From an uncultured Acidobacteriaceae bacterium (GTDB lineage Bacteria > Acidobacteriota > Terriglobia > Terriglobales > Acidobacteriaceae), in NCBI GenBank assembly GCA_963712845.1, contig CAVQJM010000023.1, positions 15,304 through 79,303 on the forward strand: DNA of 64,000 bases, read 5' to 3'. The position numbers and the translations under genes are program-made. Of this stretch, positions 28,883 to 40,261 are shown one piece after another. A model generated the notes under the pieces. The model did not search any database, was not told where the DNA came from, and was given only the letters and a program-made list of their open reading frames with translations. Position 1 is the stretch's first letter. Each line of letters opens with the position of its first letter.

Positions 28883-29917
28883 CTAAAACAGCAGGTTCGC
28901 CTTGCGCGGCATGGGCAGGTTGAAGTGCTCGTAGGCCAGGCGCGTCGCGACGCGGCCGCGCGGCGTGCGGTCGAGGAAGCCGATCTGGATGAGGAAGGGC
29001 TCGTAGACCTCTTCGAGCGCGTCTTCTTCCTCGGCCAGGGTAGCGGCCAGGGTGTTCAACCCGACTGGGCCGCCATCGTATTTCTCAATGATGGTCAGCA
29101 GCAGGCGGCGGTCGAGTTCGTCGAAGCCGTGGGCATCCACTTCGAGCATCTTCAGCGCGGCCTGCGCGGTGGCGCGGTCAATGGTGCCCGTGCCGCGTAC
29201 CTGCGCATAATCGCGCACGCGGCGCAGCAGCCGGTTGGCGATGCGCGGGGTGCCCCGGGAGCGGAGCGCGATCTCCGATGCGCCATCCGCGTCGATGGGC
29301 ACCTGCAGCACCTCGGCGGATCGCTCAACCACGTAGCGCAGCTCGTCTTCGCTATAGAACTCCAGGCGCAGCAGGATACCGAAACGTGACCGCAGCGGTG
29401 ACGAAAGCAGTCCCGGCCGCGTGGTTGCAGCGACGAAGGTGAAGGGACGGATCTCCATGACGTGCGTGCGCGCCGCCGGTCCCTGACCAATGATGATGTC
29501 CAGCTTGTAGTCCTCGAGCGCCGTGTAGAGCTTCTCTTCGAGCACCGGTTGCAGGCGGTGGACCTCGTCCAGAAAGAGCACCTGGCGCTCGCGCAGATTG
29601 GTGAGGATGGCGGTGAGGTCGCCCTGAATCTGCAGCGCGGGGCCGGAGGTCTGCTGGAAGCCGACGTCGAGCTCATTCGCAATGATGGTGGCGAGCGTGG
29701 TCTTGCCCAGCCCCGGCGGCCCGAAGAGCAGCACGTGATCCAGCGCCTCGCCGCGGCTCTTTGCCGCTTCAAGCGCGATGGCCAGTTGCTCCTTCGCCTT
29801 GGTCTGGCCGATGAACTCCGCCAGCCGGCGTGGCCGCAGCTTTAGCTCGAAAGAGCTGTCCTCCTCGCCGCGCGTGGCCGAGACCAGCCGCTCCGGATCG
29901 TTGTCGCTGCGCTTCAC
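28883..29917 (-). CDS. ruvB: Holliday junction branch migration helicase RuvB
   Basis: [12 protein letters not shown], Walker [10 protein letters not shown], Walker [26 protein letters not shown], and the winged-helix C-terminus. Confidence 0.95.
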   Translation of the reverse strand: MKRSDNDPERLVSATRGEEDSSFELKLRPRRLAEFIGQTKAKEQLAIALEAAKSRGEALDHVLLFGPPGLGKTTLATIIANELDVGFQQTSGPALQIQGDLTAILTNLRERQVLFLDEVHRLQPVLEEKLYTALEDYKLDIIIGQGPAARTHVMEIRPFTFVAATTRPGLLSSPLRSRFGILLRLEFYSEDELRYVVERSAEVLQVPIDADGASEIALRSRGTPRIANRLLRRVRDYAQVRGTGTIDRATAQAALKMLEVDAHGFDELDRRLLLTIIEKYDGGPVGLNTLAATLAEEEDALEEVYEPFLIQIGFLDRTPRGRVATRLAYEHFNLPMPRKANLLF

Positions 29918-29947
29918 AATCCGGAGTGTATCAATCGGCTTGCATCG

Positions 29948-31318
29948 TCATTTGCGGAAGTTCATCGCGTAAGTATCGGACGGCAGGCCGGCTGTGCGCG
30001 CTGCATCACGCCGGGCAAAGGCCTCCTGGCGATTCGTGCCGCCGCCCAATGTGACCAGAAACGGCGCATGTCCCGTGGGGGAGAAGACCTGCGGCTCAAG
30101 CTTCGGATACTGCGCCGCCAATTCAGTGGCCTTGCGCTGCGCTGCGCTTTCGTAGCTGTAGGTGTAGGCGACCACGTGCCAGATGCTGCGCTCGCCGCCC
30201 GTCGGCGCGGCATCCGTGGCCGGGTTTGTCGGCGCCGGTCTGGCCGCTCTGGCCTCCGGTTTGGGGGCAGGCTTCGCCGTTTCCGGCGCTCCCGTGGCTG
30301 CAGTGTCTCCTGTCGGAGTTGCGGCCGGCGGCACGGCAGCCGGCGCCGCTGGCTGCGGATTCGGAGCGGAGGCAGCTTCGCCGCTGATCGGCGCATGCCG
30401 GGAGGGCTGCTTTGTGATGTACCAAAAGACCACCAGCGCGATTGCCATCAGGACGATGGCGGCGATGGCGATTCCGGGCCGTTTGCGTCGCCGCGAATCC
30501 GCCCCGTCCTGCCTGAGCGCTGCGCGAGGGGTGGCTGCCGCGTGGGCCGCGGTGCGGGGTGTCGCGGGAGCCGTGGCGGGCGTAGCAGAAGAGCGCGCTG
30601 CAACGGGCGCCTTCGCAGCCGGTGGAGGAACGACCGCGGCTTCGGCGCTGGTTACGGCTGGGCCGCTCAGCACGCGGCGCATCGCAGCCAGTGAGCCGTT
30701 GCTGACCACGCCCGCGCGCACCAGCGTGGCGAAGGGCGCGGGTAGTTGCAGGGCATCGCGCTCGCTCGAAAAGCGGCGGCCGGTAAGCGCGTTATAGACC
30801 AGAGCAGCCAGCGCTGGAGCGTCGCTGCTATCGCTGTGGCGCTGCGTCAAACAGTCGCTGCGCAGCTTGATGCTGTCGCCTACGCCCAGCACGCCGGCGG
30901 AGTCGACGTGGCCGTGGTAGAGGCCGGCGCCTTCCACGGTTTCGAGCGCACTCAGCAAGCTTTCGGTGGCCTCGCGGGTTTCCTCCGGAGTAAGAGGGCG
31001 CTCGCGCAGCACCTCGGCAAGCGTCTGATCGAACGGCTCCATCACGGCGTAAACATAGGGGTCGCCGCCGATCCTGGTAGAGCCGGTGCGTCGGATGACG
31101 AGCAGGTTCGGGTGCACGACGCGCGCGGCCGCCTGCACGCGGGCCAGCGCCGAGTCTTCATCGTTGAGTGCTTCGAAGACGCTGACGACCGCTGGCTGCC
31201 CATCCGCGCGGGTGGTGGCAAACCAGGCGGTGCGGCCTTCGCTGCGCAGCAGCTTCTGCAGCGGCAGATTGTCGTCAAGAATCTCGCCTTCGATCTCGTT
31301 CCAAAGCGGCATGTGCAT
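29948..31318 (-). CDS. Degenerate protein-kinase-like domain - TM helix - Pro/Ala linker - SPOR domain protein
   Basis: The N-terminal ~190 aa align by eye to the Hanks kinase fold (HPNLLVI, YAVMEP, LYHGHVDSAGVL, IKLRSDCL) but lack the Gly-loop, VAIK Lys, HRD Asp and DFG. A TM helix follows (GIAIAAIVLMAIALVVFWYI). The C-terminal ~75 aa are SPOR-like (WHVVAYTYSYESAAQRKATELAAQYP...FLVTLGG...EAFARRDAARTAGL). Confidence 0.65.
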   Translation of the reverse strand: MHMPLWNEIEGEILDDNLPLQKLLRSEGRTAWFATTRADGQPAVVSVFEALNDEDSALARVQAAARVVHPNLLVIRRTGSTRIGGDPYVYAVMEPFDQTLAEVLRERPLTPEETREATESLLSALETVEGAGLYHGHVDSAGVLGVGDSIKLRSDCLTQRHSDSSDAPALAALVYNALTGRRFSSERDALQLPAPFATLVRAGVVSNGSLAAMRRVLSGPAVTSAEAAVVPPPAAKAPVAARSSATPATAPATPRTAAHAAATPRAALRQDGADSRRRKRPGIAIAAIVLMAIALVVFWYITKQPSRHAPISGEAASAPNPQPAAPAAVPPAATPTGDTAATGAPETAKPAPKPEARAARPAPTNPATDAAPTGGERSIWHVVAYTYSYESAAQRKATELAAQYPKLEPQVFSPTGHAPFLVTLGGGTNRQEAFARRDAARTAGLPSDTYAMNFRK

Positions 31319-31491
31319 TCATCCCCGTGGGTGAAGTGTCCGGGCAGAAGGAAAACGGCACGCCCGCGTACCTCGCATCGGAGGCCGCGCCGGCGCAGCC
31401 GAAAGGCCTGCGCGCAGCAAATGCCGGGCACATGGCATGGCCCGCGCCCGGCTGCGCTGCTGTTGTTCTCTGGTGAGTCTACTCTCTCGAC

Positions 31492-31857
31492 TTACGCGAG
31501 GTTGACTTCGACCGGCACGAGGGCATTGGCGGTCGAATTTGCCACACGGTCCGCTGAGCCGCTGGTCACCACGCGGCCGCCTGCGCCTGCGCGCGCCAGT
31601 AGACGCATACCTTCCCCGGCCATCTCGCGCGCCATCTGGCGCAGCTCTTCGGGGCGCTCGTTGTGCGTGTTGGTGAGCTCCACCAGCGCCGCGGCGGCCT
31701 TCAACTTGGCCACGCCGTCGAACGATGCCAGGCCTGCGGCGCCACCCGTGGCCTGGATGATGCTGTCGGCCGTGATCTTGAACATCGTGTCGCCCTGAAT
31801 GACGAAGGCGACCAAATACTTTTCCGGGGTCGTCGGTGCAGTGCTCATGTGTAGCAA
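31492..31857 (-). CDS. Hypothetical protein (about 118-121 aa), no recognisable family
   Basis: The ORF has coding-like composition and runs in the same direction as the pseudokinase-SPOR and ruvB genes. An alternative ATG lies at 31848 (MSTAPTTPEKYLVAFVIQGD...). No TM helix, no signal peptide and no Cys. Confidence 0.45.
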   Translation of the reverse strand: MLHMSTAPTTPEKYLVAFVIQGDTMFKITADSIIQATGGAAGLASFDGVAKLKAAAALVELTNTHNERPEELRQMAREMAGEGMRLLARAGAGGRVVTSGSADRVANSTANALVPVEVNLA

Positions 31858-32151
31858 TCCTCTCGTGCAGTGTTTCTGGTTGTGCGGTGTTTCCTGGCTA
31901 TTTCAGAACACTCTGTGAGAGGCGTTCGGGTCAAGAGCAGAACGCCCGAATCCCAGTACACATTCTGATTCCCTTCGACCCTGTTCGACGGAATGCGCAG
32001 CAGCCACCGTTTTTTGCGAAGAGTGGCTTTTCTTCCACCCCGCCGACAAATACCTGTCGCCGGGGACCCCGGTTTGACGGAAAAGCCACGCCGCTTGCGG
32101 CGTTTGGGTATACATCCGTGAACATGGTCTTGCTACTGCGATACCATCACG

Positions 32152-33097
32152 GTGCCCATGCCCGATTCGAATTCCGCGACACCACCCGCCTCCACGCTCT
32201 CGACTCTGCTGACCGAGGCTCGCTACAAACCGAGCGAGCACATCGACGAGCTCTCCACCACCGAGATGCTTCAGGTGATGAACGCGGCCGACCGCGAGGT
32301 GGCCGATGCGGTCGCTCGCGAGATCCCGGCCATCGCGCGCGCGGTGGATGCCATCGCCGCGGCGCTTGCCCCCGAGCGCGGCGGACGGCTGTTTTATCTC
32401 GGCGCCGGTACATCGGGACGGCTCGGCGTGCTCGATGCGTCGGAGTGCCCGCCCACCTTCAACGTGCCGCCGACGCTGGTGCAAGGCTTCATCGCCGGTG
32501 GCGACTATGCGCTGCGGCATTCCGTGGAGGGTGCGGAGGACTCGCCGGACCTGGGCGCAACCGATCTGCGTACGCACGGCTTTGCTGCGAAGGATGTGCT
32601 GGCCGGGATCGCAGCCAGCGGCCGGACGCCCTATGTGCTGGGCGCGATGGAATATGCGCGCTCGCTCGGCGCCATCACCATCGGCGTCAGTTGCGTGCCG
32701 AATTCCGAAGTGGCGCGAGCGGCGCAGATTGCCATCACCCCGGCAGTTGGGCCGGAGGTGGTCACCGGATCGACGCGGCTGCGCGCGGGCACCGCGACCA
32801 AGCTGGTGCTGAACATGCTCTCGACCGGCGCGATGATCCGGCTGGGCATGGTCTACAGCAACCTGATGGTGAATGTGCAACCGACAAACGAGAAGCTTGC
32901 CGACCGCGCCGAGCGCATCGTGGTCGAACTCACCGGGCTGCCACGTCGAGCAGGCGGCCGCTTTATTCCGCGAGGCAGGATCGATCAAAGCCGCACTGCT
33001 GATGCACGCGCATGGGTTGAGCCGTGAGCAGGCGGAGGCGCTGCTGCACCAGGCGCATGGGCACCTGCGCCATGCGATGGAAGCCGCAGCGCGCTGA
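32152..33097 (+). pseudogene. murQ: N-acetylmuramic acid 6-phosphate etherase with a frameshift near the C-terminal helical domain
   Basis: SIS-domain motifs [58 protein letters not shown]. After ...RIVVELTG the conserved tail [45 protein letters not shown] continues in the +1 frame (ORF 32873-33097). The break is at the GGG run 32935-32937. Confidence 0.75.
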
Positions 33098-33141
33098 GGT
33101 TCACGGCGCTGTGTCCGGTACACTGAGCAGGACGCGTCCTC

Positions 33142-34380
33142 ATGTCCACAGATACCTCTCAGCCAGTCCTGCTGCCCGCTTCGCACGAAGCGGCATCGGG
33201 TGCCAAGGCGCGGCCAGAACATCATCCGGGGCACCATCTGCGGCGCTTTCGTTTCGACCGCCCGCAGCAGATCGCGGCGCTGCTGCTACTGCTGTTGCTG
33301 GCGCAGTGTCTGCGGCAGATCGCGCGCACCCCGCTGACCGACAGCGATTATCAATACGCGCGCTGCGGCCGGGAGATGTGGGAGCGGCCCTCGCCGATCG
33401 CCGGCTATTTCACCAGTTGCGGCAACATCCATGACGGCGTGCTGGCCTATCGCATGGCCGGGCTGCCGCTCACCCTGCAGCGCCTGATCGCCGGGCAGAG
33501 CAGCGAGACCAGCACCTGGGAGATGCGCCATGAGCTGAGCTACGTGCAACTGCTGCTGCGCTTCCCCTTCACCATGGCCGCGCTGTTGCTGGGCGGCGCC
33601 TTGTGGTGGGTCACGCGGCGGCTCTTCGGCAACGCCGGCGGCTTTGTCGCGCTGGCATTCTATTGTGTTTCACCGGCGATCGTCGCCGCAGGCTCGCAGC
33701 CCAATGCCGAGATCACGACGGCGCTCGGCATCTTCGCCACCCTGTACACGGCCATCGGCGTGGCGCATGCCATGCAGGGGCCGCGGCGCAAGTGGCGCCC
33801 GCGCATTGTGCTATTGGCGGCCGGGCTCGCGCTGATAGCGGCATCGCATTCGGCCGCGCTCCTGCTGACGCTGCCCCTGGCTCTCGTCTTCATGGTCTAC
33901 CTGGCGGAGCGCAACCGCACGGCGGTGCCCATGGTCATGGTCGCCGGAACGCTCGGCGCTTTTCTGCTGCTCTTTGCCTGCTATGCCTTTCATCCGGATG
34001 CGGTGACGTACTACTTCCGCTCCGGCGCGGGGCGTATCGGCATCAGCACTGTCGCGGCACGCGCGCATCTCTTTTCGTTCGGGGACGCGGGCATCGCCAT
34101 TGCGCTGGCGGCGGCGGCAGTTCTCTACGTAACCACGCGCCGCTCGCGCTACTTCGGCAACTCTACCCCGCTGCTTATCGCGTTGTGCTTCCTGCCGCTG
34201 GTCACCACCGGCGTCTTTGGCCAGCCGTGGCTGTGGGCTCTGCCGTTTCTCATGACGTTTATAGGCGGCGTCTTTGCCGATGCGTTGGAGACGCGCCACG
34301 GTCGCATCTTCCGCTGGGCGGTCATCGCCATGGTGGCATTGCAAGCCGTGCTGACGTTCGCGCTGCCTGCGCTCACCTGA
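33142..34380 (+). CDS. Polytopic membrane protein, GT-C/PMT-like (ArnT-like) glycosyltransferase candidate
   Basis: 412 aa with at least 9 predicted TM helices and a short soluble loop early on (DSDYQYARCGREMWERPSP). The family assignment is tentative. Confidence 0.5.
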   Translation: MSTDTSQPVLLPASHEAASGAKARPEHHPGHHLRRFRFDRPQQIAALLLLLLLAQCLRQIARTPLTDSDYQYARCGREMWERPSPIAGYFTSCGNIHDGVLAYRMAGLPLTLQRLIAGQSSETSTWEMRHELSYVQLLLRFPFTMAALLLGGALWWVTRRLFGNAGGFVALAFYCVSPAIVAAGSQPNAEITTALGIFATLYTAIGVAHAMQGPRRKWRPRIVLLAAGLALIAASHSAALLLTLPLALVFMVYLAERNRTAVPMVMVAGTLGAFLLLFACYAFHPDAVTYYFRSGAGRIGISTVAARAHLFSFGDAGIAIALAAAAVLYVTTRRSRYFGNSTPLLIALCFLPLVTTGVFGQPWLWALPFLMTFIGGVFADALETRHGRIFRWAVIAMVALQAVLTFALPALT

Positions 34381-34390
34381 TGCCGAAGCT

Positions 34391-35755
34391 TCAGCGGGGC
34401 TCTATTTTCGACTGCTGCACCGGCACTTGCTTGCGGTACATCAGGTAGATGGTGCCGAAGTGGATCGGTTCGTATGCATAGAGCGGGCTCGCGGCAGCCG
34501 CCATCTCGCCAAAGGCGGGAGACTTGTGCATGACGACGAAGTCCGGTTTGTCCTGCTCCAGCCAGCTATAGAAATCGTGCCTCCTGAGCTGGCCGGCATT
34601 CTTGGGATTGGTCAGGCCAAGGATGTCATCCACGTAACGGTCGGAGTACCAGCCGATCGTTCCGGTCTCGACCGTGGCAATCTTTGCCCCCGGAGAGGAA
34701 TGCGCGTCCACCCATCTGGCGACCGCAACATAGTTTGCATTCGCGCCTTGCCCGCGAAGATCGAGCACGCCGGCCACCGTGCATTGCACGACGACACACG
34801 CGAGGAGGATATGGGCAAGCTTCGTCTGCGGCAGCCCGACGACGGCATAGATCAGGAGAAAGAAAAGAAATGGAGCGTCGTACCAGTGATAGTTCGGAAT
34901 GTTGAAGAGGACATAAAAGGCCAGCAGACAAACGAGAAACGGCAGCAGGATGCGGTTGATGGGGATGCTGCGCTGCGAGCGGACGCCAAGGATGCCAAGC
35001 ACGAAAGCGAGCGGCAGCAAGTAGATCGTGTGCTGGAAGATCTGAAGGACGGGTTTTACATGAAGGAAGGCGCGGGGCCATCGTCCCCACAGACCTGAGA
35101 AGCCCTGTCCGAACTTGGCCGCGGCGGATGCGGGAAGAAGCTTTCCGTAGAAGTAGAAGTTGAATGCGAGATAGGCAGCGACGAGAAGAGCAGGAAGCAG
35201 AAAGGCGCGTGGCCGTGGGAATCGACGGTTGCGCCACAGGTCATAGGCAATGACGGCGGCGAGCAGGCCACCTTCGAAGCGTGTGAAAAAGGTGAGCAGC
35301 GCCGCGGTCGGCACCATGTCCAGCTTGCCCTTGCGATAGAGGGTGTAGGTGAGCGTAATCAGAAAGAGAAATAGAGGCGTCTCCATCCCGTAGCAGAGAT
35401 AGAAATAGCCGACGGACGCGATGAGCACGCCTGACCAGGGGGCAATGTCCTCTGCGAGGATGCACGCGCCGGCCAGGAAGATGGCGCTGAGCGTGATCTC
35501 GGCCAGCAAGACATTGCCATGCATCAGCCACGATGTAGCAAGCAACAGAACGGCCAGCAGCGGCGAAGTGAGCGCGTTGACACGCTCTCCGGCGTTAAAT
35601 ACCAGTCCCTGGCCGTTCAGAGCATTTCGGACGTAGCGAGCGTAGATGAGTGCGTCATCGAGCTCAAAATGGCGCGCCGCAAACGTCAAAAGAGCCGTGA
35701 TGCAGCAGATGACAACAATCGCCGTTGTTCGCCTGGAGACGATCCCGTGACGCAT
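34391..35755 (-). CDS. Polytopic membrane protein, GT-C-fold glycosyltransferase-like (arabinofuranosyl/mannosyl-transferase-like)
   Basis: 454 aa with about 11 TM helices. The N-terminal motif FELDDALIYARYVRNALNGQGLVFNAGERVNALTSPL resembles GT-C first-loop acidic motifs. The C-terminal soluble domain is ~90 aa. It lies 23 nt downstream of the aminotransferase gene on the same strand. Confidence 0.55.
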   Translation of the reverse strand: MRHGIVSRRTTAIVVICCITALLTFAARHFELDDALIYARYVRNALNGQGLVFNAGERVNALTSPLLAVLLLATSWLMHGNVLLAEITLSAIFLAGACILAEDIAPWSGVLIASVGYFYLCYGMETPLFLFLITLTYTLYRKGKLDMVPTAALLTFFTRFEGGLLAAVIAYDLWRNRRFPRPRAFLLPALLVAAYLAFNFYFYGKLLPASAAAKFGQGFSGLWGRWPRAFLHVKPVLQIFQHTIYLLPLAFVLGILGVRSQRSIPINRILLPFLVCLLAFYVLFNIPNYHWYDAPFLFFLLIYAVVGLPQTKLAHILLACVVVQCTVAGVLDLRGQGANANYVAVARWVDAHSSPGAKIATVETGTIGWYSDRYVDDILGLTNPKNAGQLRRHDFYSWLEQDKPDFVVMHKSPAFGEMAAAASPLYAYEPIHFGTIYLMYRKQVPVQQSKIEPR

Positions 35756-35778
35756 GAGAGGTCATCTTAGCAAAGCCG

Positions 35779-37023
35779 TCACACCGGGATGCCGTCCTTC
35801 GTGATGGAGACGATAGGTGAGAAATCTCCTCCAACTGCTGCGCTTTGGGCCGGCGTCTGCATCACCTCGACGAACGCGGTTTGGAAGGCCTGCATGTCCT
35901 GCGCCGTTCCAACGGTGATGCGAACGTGCGTCGGCCATGCGGGCCACGCGCGGCCGATGTAGACCTTCTTCGCCTGCATGGCGGCGATCACCTGCTTGGC
36001 ATCGCGCCGCGTGTCCAGCATGAAGCAGTTGCTCTGCGATTTGGTGTAGCTGTAGCCCTGCTTATCCAGCCAGGTGAAGGTCTGCTCGCGGATGTCGGAG
36101 TTGATCTTCTTCCGTTCCGGAATCATCTCCGGGTGTTGCAGGCTGGCATTCGCCGCGGCTGCGGCCGTGATGGGCATCGCGTTCATGCCATAGGTCTGCA
36201 GCTTGGCCAGCAGATCGGGGCGTCCGGCGGCAAAGCCGCAGCGCAGTCCGGCCATGCCGTAGAGCTTGGAGAAGGTGCGGAGCACGATGATGTCCTCGCC
36301 GTCGCGCACCATGTCCATGCAACTGGGCTGGTCGGAAAAGTGGGTGTACGCCTCGTCGATCAGCAGGATGGAGCCTTTGGGCTTGTTCTTCAGCGCCCAG
36401 ACGATGTCGTCCTTGGGGGTGATGGTGCCGGTCGGATTGTTCGGGTTGCAGATGTAGAAGACGCCCGCGCTGGGACTCGCCGCAATCATCGCCTTCACAT
36501 CGTGGGCATGTGTATCCGGGGTCAGCGGCACTTTGAAGGTCTTCGCGCCGGCCATATCGGCGGCGTTCATGCCCGCTTCATAGCCGGGATCGGCGGTGAC
36601 GTAGGGGCGCGATGGGCTGGTGAATGCCAGAACACTGTAGTGCAACGGCTCGCTCGACCCGGGATAGACGGCAATTGAATCCAGGCTCAGGCTTTCCACC
36701 TGCGCGATGGTCTTCATCAGCGCCAGGGTCTGCGCGAAGTCGTAGCGGCCACCTTGCGCCGTGATGCCTGTACAGGCTTCGCAGGCCAGCTTGCACGGAC
36801 CCAGCGGGTTTTCATTCGCGTTGATCAGCACCGCATCGGGCGGGATGGCCTTCATGCCGCCATGGAAACGGCCCGCCCGCTTGAGGCCGTTTGGCGTGGA
36901 CTGCGCCCCGCTCGTGTAGGCCCATGCAAGGTGGGCCTCCGTGAGGATGGGGACCGCAGCGGCTGCGGTGGTGGCGATACGCAGGAAGGAGCGGCGGGAG
37001 ACGGAAGAGTGGTCGGCGGGCAT
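35779..37023 (-). CDS. Class I/II PLP-dependent aminotransferase (HisC-like) with twin-arginine signal peptide
   Basis: The ATG at 37023 gives MPADHSSVSRRSFLRIATTAAAAVPILTEAHLAWA, a textbook S-R-R-x-F-L Tat motif with an h-region and AxA. The mature part has INANENPLGP, YPGSSEPL, LIDEAYTHF, and RTFSKLYGMAGLRCGF (PLP-Lys block). Confidence 0.8.
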   Translation of the reverse strand: MPADHSSVSRRSFLRIATTAAAAVPILTEAHLAWAYTSGAQSTPNGLKRAGRFHGGMKAIPPDAVLINANENPLGPCKLACEACTGITAQGGRYDFAQTLALMKTIAQVESLSLDSIAVYPGSSEPLHYSVLAFTSPSRPYVTADPGYEAGMNAADMAGAKTFKVPLTPDTHAHDVKAMIAASPSAGVFYICNPNNPTGTITPKDDIVWALKNKPKGSILLIDEAYTHFSDQPSCMDMVRDGEDIIVLRTFSKLYGMAGLRCGFAAGRPDLLAKLQTYGMNAMPITAAAAANASLQHPEMIPERKKINSDIREQTFTWLDKQGYSYTKSQSNCFMLDTRRDAKQVIAAMQAKKVYIGRAWPAWPTHVRITVGTAQDMQAFQTAFVEVMQTPAQSAAVGGDFSPIVSITKDGIPV

Positions 37024-37307
37024 CAGGAAATCCTCCAAAATCTGGCAAAGGGGGAAAAGACCTCGTTGTGGTTGCAGGCGCTGGCAGAAGCGGGGCAGCG
37101 CACTCGGCATCGAGGCAACGAGGGCTCGACCTGACGAATCGGATGGCACCACTGTACTCCGCTTCGAGCACGGCTCCAAGCGACGATTTGGGCAACGGAT
37201 CAGGCCTATTCCTCAGCCTTCGGACGCGGCAGCCCCGGAAGGTCTAAAGCCCGCGAAAATAAGCTCTTCAGAACCATGTCAGTGACGCGGAAATATGCGC
37301 CATTCCT

Positions 37308-37316
37308 TGCTAAAAT
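37308..37316 (+). promoter_or_regulatory. Candidate extended -10 promoter element (TGcTAAAAT) upstream of gyrA
   Basis: The sequence ccTTGCTAAAATag lies about 85 nt upstream of the gyrA ATG. No convincing -35 was seen. Confidence 0.25.
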
Positions 37317-37399
37317 AGACGCAGAGCCCCTCGTTCCTTCCATGCCCCAGAGCGGGTCTGGATAGCGCGTTTTTGGTGCTGCGACGGCTCTTCCTATCT

Positions 37400-40081
<2,682 letters not shown>

Positions 40082-40118
40082 CTTGGCGCCGCAATACCAC
40101 TGTTGTCGAGCACGCAAT

Positions 40119-40142
40119 GAGGCCTCCCACGCGGGAGGCCTC
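40119..40142 (+). terminator. GC-rich hairpin downstream of gyrA (possible terminator, no U-tract)
   Basis: GAGGCCTCCC-acgc-GGGAGGCCTC, a perfect 10-bp stem. Confidence 0.4.
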
Positions 40143-40261
40143 GTTCGTCGGGGCAGCAAGTTTCGCGGATGCTTCCGGAACAGATGTGGGCACGAAACCG
40201 TATCCGAACCCATCGACGGGATTTTTGCGTCTAGCTCGATGTCCATGAGTGAGGGTTATGC

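Noticed and set aside
27712-28923. 403-aa plus-strand ORF
   Set aside because: It is antisense to the ATP-grasp gene and the ruvB 3-prime end, and has no domain signature.
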